From NCBI GenBank assembly GCA_002269645.1, contig NIVC01000667.1:420703-484702 (forward strand): a stretch of DNA of 64,000 nucleotides. Reading direction: 5' to 3'. This stretch comes from Macrostomum lignano (taxonomy: Eukaryota). This document shows positions 53,625 through 64,000 of this stretch, one piece after another; positions within the stretch are counted from its first letter, which is position 1, and each line of letters begins with the position of its first letter. A program made the translations under genes and the position numbers. The notes beneath the pieces are model-generated. The model searched no databases. It saw nothing but the letters and a program-made list of their open reading frames with translations, and was not told the origin of the DNA.

Positions 53625-55500
53625 ATGCTTTTCCCGAGGCTAAACAGCCTTTTACTAATAGAGGAACCTGCTAGTACTCGAATTCCCACAACTTCAGATA
53701 TTTCCCCGAGGGTGAACTACTAACAGTAGCGTAAAAGCAAAACTGCTTATTCTAGAATTCATGCTAATAAAATAATTCATCCTGACGAATGGCAAACGCT
53801 TTAGCAAAACTGCTTGAAACTAAACCCCCTACTACATGAGCAAATTATGATATACTTCTTACAAAATGAATAGGCCTATACAACATGAAATTTCTTATAA
53901 AAATCCATTTTTAATCATTGATGCAAGTTGCATAAAAAGGGGTGACTATCTGCCCTCCCTTCCTAGGGTCTTTTTGAGGGCTGTGGGGATGGTGGGCCAG
54001 TCACTCCCCTTGAAGCAGTGACTTATGGTTACCCTAGGCCTAGGGCAGCTGCCCCCTGGCCCCCCTATCCCTCCCCTTATGCTGCCACTGCTATCTCAGC
54101 ATTGGACAATGCTACATTTACTAGGCTGAGGCCTAGGTCTAAATAATCATTATGTTCCATTGGCTATACAAGGATCTTGGCTTTTATAGCTACAACATGC
54201 CAACATGACTATATCATGTCATGAGATTGTTTGCCAACAAAAAATTTCTAACTTTAAATTATTTTCATAGGCCTAGGCATACTATTGCCTATTGGCTTAA
54301 AAGATATTCAAATGTTAAAGTCCTGCAGGTTGGCCATGTTTTATCATCAAATGACAATTTAGAATATGACTATTTTGAATCTTTTTTTTGTTTATACCCA
54401 TTTTAATATCCTTATATAGGCCCCTAGTATTAAGTTTTCTATTATTTTGGGCAATCCTTCTGTAGGCCTACCCCTATAAATTCTAAAAAGGCCTTTTCAA
54501 ACTAAAATAAAATATTTTAATTAAAGTAAAGTTAGAGTAGGCCTACTGTCTACAATCTAAGCTAAGGACTAAGCCTACTCTAACTCAAGTCAAGTAGTTA
54601 AGACAAATAAGTAAGCATCTAGGCCTAATCCTTGGTACAATCTTTTACCCTAGGCCTAAAATTATATAGGCCTAAGGATCATCTAGTCTATTTCAACAAA
54701 AGCTAAACTTAAATTTCTTGTGATTTAGCAAATATGACCTTTAGCAATTTAGTAATTGCCAATTGATTTAGGCAAGTTCTTTTATAATTAACTTAGGGTT
54801 GGATCATACATGCCTAACCTCAAAATTTCACCCATCTGGTACAACTTATTTTTGTCTAGATTTGCAACTTAGTTTCTCCCAATTGCAACTTAGTTTCTCC
54901 CAATTGCGACTTAGTTCCTTTTGCAACTTAATTTTTAGTTTATATGATGACTTTTCTTGCCTTTTACTCTTCTCTTCTCTTTCTCTTTATTTTTCCTCTT
55001 TCCCTTCTCTCTCTTCTCCCTCCTTTCTTTTCCTTTTCTCTTCCTTTCCTTTCTTTCTTCCCCCAATTTTTCATTTTTTTCATTTTTGATTTTGCAACTT
55101 ATCTTGGCTAGTGGCCATTTCACCTGTCCAGTTCAGACAGGTGTTGGGCATGTATGGGTTGGATGACTAGAAAAGGACAATATCACATTTTTTTATTTTC
55201 AAAACAAGACCAATTTGATTAAGATTTAAGATTAATCCTAATTAGCATTTAGTTGGCCTTTTTACACTAGGCCTAGGCCTAATTTAACTATAAATGCTAA
55301 TATGGTTAGGGCTTATTTTTTAATGTGTATAGGCCTAGGCCTAAGTATAATGATAACATTGCAAAGAAAAACAATAAATGAATATTTAATATTAAGCAGA
55401 ATATTAATAATAATTTGGTATGTATCATTGTCAAATTCAAATATAAATATAATAATGATAGTATCATAGACATAGTCATATTCTATAGGCCCATACATGC

Positions 55501-55647
55501 GCAACCTTGGGAATCACTTGGCCATTTCTATTAGCAACACATACATGTAAGTCACTATTGGCTGAAAGCAGTGACTACTATTCTGTCCAATAGCAACTTA
55601 CATGTGTGTGTTGCCAATAGAAACGGCTGAGTGAATACCAAGGTTGC
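55501..55647. mobile_element. Foldback / MITE-like element with 61-bp imperfect inverted repeats
   Basis: 55501-55561 is nearly complementary to 55587-55647 around a 25-bp spacer. Confidence 0.6.
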
Positions 55648-56487
55648 ACCCAAGCATGCATAGGCCTAGCTGCATAATTATAAATCTTGAATTTTTGAGA
55701 TCTTAAATTTAAAACCAAGATTAAAATTAAGAATATTACTAAAATCTTGATGATCAAGAATAATCATCAAAAAAGAGAGAAATAAGAGAAGTTGGTATGA
55801 AAAATAATGTTTTTTAATTATTAGTATTACTTACTTTATTTAAAACTAAAATTTATATGCAACAATTTCAACTAGACAAAGAGTTGGTTGGGCTAAGATG
55901 GTTCTAGCTTATAAGTAGGGACATTGGATATTGGAATATGAATGATGGGATTAGCTGAGTAGGTGACAAGGAGCAATTCCAAATGGGCTATAGATTAAGG
56001 TGTATTCCACTTGAGACTAGCCGGGGAAAGGGTGCCTAGATTCTTAAATAGCACTCTTATAAGCCAATAGGAAGAATAGGGTTACCCCAGGTAAGAAGAG
56101 AGTTTAATATGCAAAATATTACACTCTTTTTATCCTCTCTCCTTATCTCTTCTCAACTTCTATCTCTCTTCTCTTTTTTTCTTATCTCTAATCTCTTCCT
56201 CTTCTCTATCCCCTCTTATTTCTTCTCTCATTTGGTCTGTAGCAATCAACAGATTTTTATCTGGTCCTGTAGGTAAAAAAGGTTTGAAAGGGTAAAAATA
56301 ACTAATAAAAGTTTCACCAATAGTCTTAAAGTGTGGTTAAAAGTCTAAAAAAAGCACTGGAGCACTGATTTCTAACAGTTAGCATAAATAATACTATATG
56401 AATCCATGTAATCCATTTATGAGTCTAGACAGATATAAGTATAGTTTTTGCTAGACTTTCTACTCATAGTAGCTAAAATTAGTCAAG

Positions 56488-56714
56488 ATGAACCAATCGG
56501 CTAGTGAGGCGCATGCTCGCAGCGTTGAGCAGCAGCTGCTGGAGCAAATTAAACGATTCTTTAAACTATTTGGTCTTGTAACCGGCGTCTGGCTTATTGG
56601 CTATCTGGGCTTCAGTGTCACCTGGCTGGTAGTTGCTGTGCTGGCTTACATCATCACCAGTTACATTAAAGAGCAAAGGAAGGTGCGAACTAAGGCTTTC
56701 CAAGCATTGGCAAG
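56488..56714 (+). CDS. ESYT: E-Syt exon 1 (membrane hairpin)
   Basis: FGLVTGVWLIGYLGFSVTWLVVAV, donor AG|GTAAGA. Confidence 0.85.
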
Positions 56715-59700
56715 GTAAGAAGTCTTAGAGGCTCTTGTGTACCAGATCCTCAGTTTCTGGGCCAGCCTCCCAGATCCTCAGTTTCTGGGCCAACCTCCCA
56801 GATCCTCAGTTGCTGGGCCAGCCTCTCAGATCCTCAGTTGGTGGGCCAGCCTCCCAGATCTTCAGTTGCTGGGCCAACCTCCCAGATCCTCAGTTGCTGG
56901 GCCAGCCTCTCAGATCCTCAGTTGCTGGGCCAACCTCCCAGATCCTCAGTTGCTGGGCCAGCCTCCCAGATCCTCAGTTGCTAGGCCAGCCTCCCAGATC
57001 CCCAGTTGCTGGGTCAGCCTCCCAGATCCTCAGTTGGTGGGCCAGCCTCCCAGATCTTCAGTTGCTGGGCCAACCTCCCAGATCCTCAGTTGCTGGGCCA
57101 GCCTCTCAGATCCTCAGTTGCTGGGCCAACCTCCCAGATCCTCAGTTGCTGGGCCAGCCTCTCAGATCCTCAGTTGCTGGGCCAACCTCCCAGATCCTCA
57201 GTTGCTGGGCCAACCTCCCAGATCCTCAGTTGCTGGGCCAGCCTCCCAGATCCTCAGTCGTTGGGCCAGCCTCCCAGATTCTCAGTTGCTGGGTCAGCCT
57301 CCCAGATTCTCAGTTGCTGGGTCAGCCTCCCAGAGTGTCAGTTGCTGGGTCAGCCTCCCAGATCTTCAGTTGCTGGGCCAGCCTCCCAGATCTTCAGTTG
57401 CTGGGCCAGCCTCCCAGATCCCCAGTTGCTGGGCCACAAGCCTCCCAAAGTGTCAGTTGCTGGGCCAGCCTCCCAGAGTGTCAGTTGCTGGGCCAGCCTC
57501 CCAGATCCTCAGTTGCTGGGCCAGCCCCCCAGATCCTCAGTTGCTGGGCCAGCCTCCCAGAGTGTCAGTTGCTGGGCCAGCCTCCCAGATCCTCAGTTGC
57601 TGGGCCACAAGCCTCCCAAAGTGTCAGTTGCTGGGCCAGCCTCCCAGAGTGTCAGTTGCTGGGCCAGCCTCCCAGATCCTCAGTTGCTGGGCCAGCCCCT
57701 CCCAGATCCCCAGTTGCTGGGCCCCCTATCCATCACTTACGCGGGTGTTGATTTATGATGTAAAGAGTCCTTAAATAATGTTTTGTGTTGCTTTCTTCCC
57801 TCACCCAGAGACGAGCGCCAATTCCTGGCTAACGTGGAGAACCTGCCATCCTGGGTGTTCTTCCCGGATGTGGAGCGGGCCGAATGGCTGAACTCCATTA
57901 TCAAGCAGGCCTGGCCATTCGTCAAGGATTACGCAGTGTCTATCATTGAGAAACAGATCATGCCCGGGGTTAGGGACAACCTGCCTGGGGTGATTCAGGA
58001 CTTACGATTTTCTAGACTGGATCTGGGCGATATTGCGCCACGTTTTGGCGGAGTCAAGGTTAGTGTTGAATTATTTTAATAATTCATTAATAAAGTAATC
58101 CAATATTTATCATGGTTATCAAATCGTCGTCATTTTTAATCCCATATATTTTGATACCAACCTTAAATCCTATTATTCCAAGTCTACATGTATTGGCTGC
58201 CTCAAATCCCACTATTCCCAATACATTGCTTCAAATCCCCCATTATCCCAATCCACTGCCTTAAATCTTATTATCCGTAGTCCACTGCTTCAAATCCATT
58301 ATCCTAATCCACTACCTTAAATCCCCCATTATCCTAATCCACTGCCTCAAATCCCCTATTTCCCCCAATCCACTGCCTCAAACCGCCCATTATCCTCAAT
58401 CTACTGTCTCAAACCGCCCATTATCCTCAATCTACTGCCTCAAACCGCCCATTATCCTCAATCTACTGCCTCAAACCGCCCATTATCCTCAATCTACTGC
58501 CTCAAATCCCCCATTATCCTCAATCTACTGCCTCAAACCGCCCATTATCCTCAATCTACTGCCTCAAACCGCCCATTATCCTCAATCTACTGCCTCAAAT
58601 CCCCCATTATCCTCAATCTACTGCCTCAAACCGCCCATTATCCTCAATCAACTGCCTCAAATCCCCCATTATCCCAATCCACTGCCTCAAATCCCCCATT
58701 ATCCTCAAGTTACTGCCTCAAATCCCCCATTATCCCAATCCACTGCCTCAAATCCCCTATTATCCTCAATCTACTGCCTCAAATCCCCCATTATCCCAAT
58801 CCACTGCCTCAAATCCCCTATTATCCTCAATCTACTGCCTCAAATCCCCCATTATCCCCATTATCCACTGCCTCAAATCCCCCATTATCCCCAATCCACT
58901 GCCTCAAATCCCATTATCCCCAACCCACTGCCTCAAATCCCATTATCCCCAACCCACTGCCTCAAATCCCATTATCCCAATCTAATCCTTAGAAATTGAA
59001 TATCCCGTACTCAATAATGTGCTCTAATATCCCGGTGCCGCCTCAAACACATTAACCAGGTGTACACGGGCGACAACACTCGCCGTTCGGAAATAGTGAT
59101 GGACATGGACTTAATCTACTATGGCGACGCTAAAATCGAAATGAAAACAAAAGGCATCAAAGCTGGCATCAAAAGTATCGAATTGCGCGGCATTCTCCGT
59201 GTCGTAATCTCGCCACTGATCCCTCGATACCTATCGCCGCCTGCGTCACAGTCACGTTTCTTTCCGTGCCGTATTTGAACTTTGACCTGACCGATCTGGG
59301 AAACATACTGGACCTGCCAGGCTTGAGGCAGATGCTTGTCAAAGTGGTTTCCGATCAAATCTCTGCTCAGTTGGTTGTGCCTAATAGGCTGTTGGTTCCT
59401 TTGGCTGGCGATGTGGACCTGACCGCTATGAAGTGGATCCTGCCGCAGGGGTTCTTCGGTTTAAGGTGAAATATTTCGTTTCAAATCTACCTATATGCAT
59501 CTGTTTGGGGATAATTTTCCCATGGATTTTAGTGTCAGAGTTTGGGATTATTATCCCATTGGATAATCCTATGTTTAGTTTCATTGGGATTATTATCCCA
59601 TCGGATAATCCTATGTATAGTTTTATGGGGATTATTATCCATCGGATAATCCTATGTATAGTTTCATGGGGATTATTATCCCATTGGATAATCCTATGTA

Positions 59701-62700
59701 TAGTTTTATGGGGATTATTATCCCATTGGATAATCCTATGTATAGTTTCATGGGATTATTATCCTATCGGTTAATACTATGTTGTGTAGTTTCATGGGGA
59801 TTATTATCCCATCAGATAATCCTATGTATAGTTTCATGGGGATTATTATCCCATCGGATAATCCTATGTATAGTTTCATGGGGATTATTATCCCATCGGT
59901 TATCCCACTCCCAGCTGGTTAATGCTCCACCACCCATATGCAATGCAGGTAGTGGAGGCTCGAGACCTCAAACGCAGCGACGTGGGCCTGATCAGGTCCG
60001 GCAAGTCCGATCCCTACGCCATAGTAACAGTCGGCTCGCAAAAGTACACAACCAAAGCGATTGCCAACTCGCTTAATCCCGTGTGGAACGCCGCATTCGA
60101 GGCCGCAGTCGATGTGCGACAGGGTCAGCTATTGGATATTGAACTGTTCGACGAGGATGCCGGATCTAAGGACGATGAGTTGGGATCTGCTAAAGTCGAT
60201 CTGGGCAGCGTTGCTAGGGAAGGCGTTCTAGATACCTGGCTGAAACTGGATGATGTGGACACTGGCTCGGTTAGGCTGCGGATGAGCTGGGCCAACCTGA
60301 TGGACACGGCCTTGTTTCAGGTGGGCGCTGAGTCTGTTGAGATCGGTGTGGGAGGCTGGGATCAGGTTAAGGTGACTGGGATGTGATGTAGGGAAGGGAG
60401 GCTGAGATGTGATGTAGAGAAGGGAGGCTGAGATGAGATGTAGAGAAGGGAGGCTGAGATGAGATGTAGAGAAGGGAGGCTGAGATGAGATGTTGGGAAG
60501 GGAGGCTGATATGAGATGTTGGGAAGGGAGGCTGATATGAGATGTTGGGAAGGGAGGCTGAGATGAGATGTAGGGAAGGGAGGCTGAGATGAGATGTAGG
60601 GAAGGGAGGCTGAGATGAGATGTTGGGAAGGGAGGCTGAGATGAGATGTAGGGAAGGGAGGCTGAGATGAAATGTAGGGAAGGGAGGCTGAGATAAGATG
60701 TTGGAAAGGGAGGCTGATATGAGATGTTGGGAAGGGAGGCTGATATGAGATGTAGGGAAGGGAGGCTGAGATAAGATGTAGGGAAGGGAGGCTGAGATGA
60801 GATGTAGGGAAGGGAGGCTGAGATGAGATGTTGGGAAGGGAGGCTGATATGAGATGTTGGGAAGAGAGGCTGAGATATATTGAGAGAAGACTAAGAAAAG
60901 ATGTAGGGAGATCGGAACATAGAGTATAAAGAGATTAAGATCTTAAGGTCTTAAGGTTCAGTCTTGATAAATAGTCATGAACTCCTTTTAATAACCGGTT
61001 GCCAGGCGCCCAGCACACGAGGCAGCGGTGGCGGCGAGTTCAGCCGGGCCTTCCTGTACGTCGGCGTTGACTGCTGCCGCTCTCTGCCCACGGTGAAGTG
61101 CGGCCAGGAGCCTTCAGCTCTGGTAAGTACAGCTAATTCCCCTGACTGAGTCTGGCACAGGTGTGCTTATGTCATCGAACCACCCCTGTTCCTATGTACA
61201 TATAAGGGAATCCCACCACTAGGCGCTCGCAATGTACACATAGTTAATCCCACCCTCAACAATGTACACATGGAGAATCCCACCCTCCAAAATGTACACA
61301 TGGGAATCCCACCCTCCAAAATGTACACATGGGGAATCCCAAATCCCACGCTCCACAGTTTATACATGGGGAATCCCACTCCCCAAAATTTACACATTGG
61401 GAATCCCACCCTCCGCAATGTACACATGGGAAATCTCGCCCTCTAATGTACTGATTGGGAATCTCACCTCCAACCTACACAAAATAACACGTATTGTCTC
61501 GCATATTAGCAAACTATAAGTTTAATTATCAAGCCCTATTAAATACACTACGAAGGCCAGAGAGTGGACAGCCTAATTTGTTGATCCCCTAATCTATAAA
61601 TAATTGCTGCTAAAACCTCCAGGTGGAAATTAGCGTGACGGGCGGAGGCGGGGCAGTGGCAGCAGCTCAACCGACGCGCAGCGCACCGCCACTTTTGAGG
61701 ACTCGCCAAATCCGATATTCGAAGCGCCGTTTCATTTTTTTGTATCCGAGCCTTCTATTGCAAGCGTACAGCTGACCGTTCTGCACAGAGGTCGGCGGCG
61801 CCTTGGGCAGGTGCAAATACCGCTGCGCTTCCTGCTGCAGGAGGCCAACATGCAGCTGCATAGGGCCTGGGATCTCAATACTGACAGTGGGACGCAGTCT
61901 CAGGTGAGAAGATAGTGCTCTATCTTTAGTGCAGTTTTTTATGCCCTATTTATGCCGTTTTTTAATTTGAGTAGTGCCATTTTGTGTCTGAGTAGTGCCA
62001 TTTTGTGTCTGAGTAGTGCCATTTTGTGTCTGAGTAGTGCCATTTTGTGTCTGAGTAGTGCCATTTTGTATCTGAGTAGTGCCATTTTGTGTCTGAGTAG
62101 TGCCATTTTGTGTCTGAGTAGTGCCATTTTGTGTCTGAGTAGTGCCGTTTTGTGTCTGAGTAGTGCCTTTTTATTTAAATAGTACCATTTTGAGTCTGAG
62201 TAGTGCCATTTTTATTTAAATAGTACCATTTTGAGTCTGAGTAGTGCCATTTTTATTTAAATAGTACCATTTTGAGTCTGAGTAGTGCCATTGTGCGACC
62301 TGAATAGTGCCATTTTTAGTCTGAGTAGTGCCATTGTGTGACCTAAATAGTGCCATTTTGAGTCTGAGTAGTGCCATTGTGTGTCCTGAATAGTGCCATT
62401 TTGAGTCTGAGTAGTGCCATTGTGTGTCCTGAATAGTGCCATTTTGAGTCTGAGTAGTGCCATTGTGTGTCCTGAATAGTGCCATTTTGAGTCTGAGTAG
62501 TGCCATTGTGTGTCCTGAATAGTGCCATTTTGAGTCTGAGTAGTGCCATTTTGTGTCTGAGTAGTGCCATTTTGTGTCTGAGTAGTGCCATTTTGTGTCT
62601 GAGTAGTGCCATTTTGTGTCTGAGTAGTGCCATTTTGTGTCTGAGTAGTGCCATTTTGTGTCTGAGTAGTGCCATTTTGTGTCTAAGTAGTGCCATTTTG

Positions 62701-64000
62701 TGCCTTAGTGGTGGTTCCATTTTGTGTCTGAGTAGTGCCATTTGTATTTAAATAGTACCATTTTGAGTCTGAGTAGTGCCATTTTTATTTAAATAGTACC
62801 ATTTTGAGTCTGAGTAGTGCCATTTTTATTTAAATAGTACCATTTTGAGTCTGAGTAGTGCCATTGTGGTCCTGAATAGTGCCATTTTGAGTCTGAGTAG
62901 TGCCATTGTGTGTCCTAAATAGTGCCCATTTTGAGTCTGAGTAGTGCCATTGTGTGTCCTGAATAGTGCCATTTTGAGTCTGAGTAGTGCCATTTTGTGT
63001 CTGAGTAGTGCCATTTTGTGTCTGAGTAGTGCCATTTTGTGTCTGAGTAGTGCCATTTTGAGTCTGAGTAGTGCCATTGTGTGTCCTGAATAGTGCCATT
63101 TTGAGTCTGAGTAGTGCCATTGTGTGTCCTGAATAGTGCCATTTTGAGTCTGAGTAGTGCCGTTTTGTGTCTGAGTAGTGCCATTTTGAGTCTGAGTAGT
63201 GCCATTGTGTGTCCTGAATAGTGCCATTTTGAGTCTGAGTAGTGCCATTGTGTGTCCTGAATAGTGCCATTTTGAGTCTGAGTAGTGCAATTGTGTGTCC
63301 TGAATAGTGCCATTTTGAGTCTGATAGTGCCATTGTGTCCTAAATAGTGCCCATTTTGAGTCTGAGTAGTGCCATTGTGAGTCTGAGTAGTGCCATTGTG
63401 TGTCCTGAATAGTGCCATTTTAAGTCTGAGTAGTGCCATTTGTATTGAAAAGTGCCATTGTCATTCTGTTTACTTCATGTCAGAATGCTTCCATTCCGAA
63501 TCCTCCAGAAACGTTTTTTGCCTATGAAAATTAGCTCATTTTTTTATAAATCTTCATATAAAAATCACCCCCCCCCAGATCGTCCTGTTCCTGGCCCTTC
63601 GCGCCATTGTTGAAGGCCAATACGAAGCTCCAGCCGAAATTCCCGTTAAACGATACCTGCAGCTGAGGCAGCCGAACCACTCAGGCTGAAGCTCAAGATG
63701 AACCCGAGGCCGCTAATACAATTTCAACCAACTCGGACAGCGATGGTGTCCGGCAGCGAAGAATGCACCCGCCGCCGCACCCGCCGCCGCACCCGCCGCC
63801 GCAACCGCCGCCGCACCATCTCAGCAGGGCAGAGTGCAGCTTACCATCCGCTACAGCCAGCCGCGCCAATGCCTTGTAGTGGTGTGCCCCAAGCCGACTT
63901 GCCCATAGCAACCGTTGCTACGACGACTCGAGCTTGGATCCGTACGCTAAGCTCTACATCAAATCCGACAGTCGAGGCGCTGTGTCTTCAAAGAAGCAGA
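56488..64000 (+). CDS. ESYT: Extended synaptotagmin (TM hairpin, SMP, C2A, C2B, start of last C2), 3' partial; exons 56488..56714,57809..58058,59060..59465,59949..60320,61006..61122,61623..61903,63579..>64000; apparent -1 frameshifts in exons 3, 6 and 7
   Basis: LPSWVFFPDVERAEWLN, FSRLDLGDIAPRFGGVK, LDLPGL...LVVPNRLLVPL, GKSDPYA...LNPVWN...ELFDED, GRVQLTIRYS, DPYAKLY. GT-AG introns are phase-consistent once single missing bases are restored. Confidence 0.9.
56740..57722. repeat. 28-bp minisatellite (CCAGATCCTCAGTTGCTGGGCCAGCCTC)n, E-Syt intron 1
   Basis: 28-aa periodicity in the ORF track. Confidence 0.96.
57809..58058 (+). CDS. ESYT: E-Syt exon 2 (SMP start)
   Basis: LPSWVFFPDVERAEWLN...FGGVK. 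Confidence 0.92.
58190..58985. repeat. About 30-bp minisatellite (CTCAAACCGCCCATTATCCTCAATCTACTGC)n, E-Syt intron 2
   Basis: Direct reading. Confidence 0.93.
59060..59465 (+). CDS. ESYT: E-Syt exon 3 (SMP end), two apparent 1-bp deletions
   Basis: Frame is restored by one extra C at 59221-59223 and one extra G at 59448-59451. Confidence 0.85.
59530..59905. repeat. 41-bp minisatellite (GGGATTATTATCCCATTGGATAATCCTATGTATAGTTTCAT)n, E-Syt intron 3
   Basis: Direct reading. Confidence 0.94.
59949..60320 (+). CDS. ESYT: E-Syt exon 4 (C2A)
   Basis: VVEARDLK...SDPYA...NPVWN...FDED. Confidence 0.93.
60375..60875. repeat. 26-bp minisatellite (GGGAAGGGAGGCTGAGATGAGATGTA)n, E-Syt intron 4
   Basis: Direct reading. 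Confidence 0.95.
61006..61122 (+). CDS. ESYT: E-Syt exon 5 (C2B start)
   Basis: AFLYVGVDCCRSLP...QEPSAL, donor GTAAGT. Confidence 0.85.
61195..61460. repeat. About 29-bp degenerate array (ATGTACACATGGGAATCCCACCCTCCAAA)n, E-Syt intron 5
   Basis: Direct reading. Confidence 0.85.
61623..61903 (+). CDS. ESYT: E-Syt exon 6 (C2B), one apparent 1-bp deletion
   Basis: VEISV...TFEDSPNPIFEAPFHFFVSEP. Frame is restored by one extra G at 61650-61653. Confidence 0.8.
61965..63450. repeat. 21-bp (TGAGTAGTGCCATTTTGTGTC)n with 43-bp dimer variants, E-Syt intron 6
   Basis: 7-aa periodicity MALLRHK. Confidence 0.96.
63579..64000 (+). CDS. ESYT: E-Syt exon 7 (linker and start of last C2), multiple frameshifts, cut by window end
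   Basis: IVLFLALRAI, VRQRR, GRVQLTIRYS and DPYAKLY appear in successive frames. Confidence 0.7.

Larger units (their letters stand above)
39401..54752. repeat. Tandem segmental triplication of a 5.12-kb unit (39401-44515, 44516-49635, 49636-54752)
   Basis: The same short ORFs recur at offsets of about 5115 and 5120 bp. Junctions read TTTAG|GATCTGG; a few SNPs and indels separate the copies. Confidence 0.97.

Noticed and set aside
39401-54752. Helitron tandem array as the origin of the 5.12-kb repeat
   Set aside because: Unit ends lack 5'-TC and CTRR-3' on either strand and there is no Rep/helicase ORF.

Overview
Eukaryotic (animal) genomic DNA, extremely rich in micro- and minisatellites, with GC-rich exons and canonical GT-AG introns. 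The overall style suggests an invertebrate such as a macrostomid flatworm, but that is inference only. Four protein-coding genes can be reconstructed by hand. (1) A 2-exon class A peptide-type GPCR (+, 2421-4184) with altered DRY and NPxxY motifs. (2) A complete 9-exon ammonium transporter Amt (-, 27071-12856, 548 aa). (3) A p75NTR/NRADD-like transmembrane death-domain gene (-, core exons 31949-31452 and 30004-29634), whose possible upstream exon lies in a 5.12-kb segment present as three tandem copies (39401-54752). (4) An extended synaptotagmin (+, 56488 to beyond the window end) carrying several single-base deletions that look like long-read consensus errors. Nearly all long ORFs in the supplied track are translations of tandem repeats. 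Mobile DNA includes a 1.28-kb non-autonomous hAT element with TIRs and an 8-bp TSD, smaller MITE-like elements, and 3' fragments of a non-LTR retrotransposon family with structured 3' regions. The most striking observation is that two independent insertions of this family (different TSDs, tails and 5' truncation points) both sit about 77 nt downstream of the same 34-bp double-hairpin motif in the same orientation. This suggests an undescribed distance-targeted retrotransposon system, although it rests on only two independent events.
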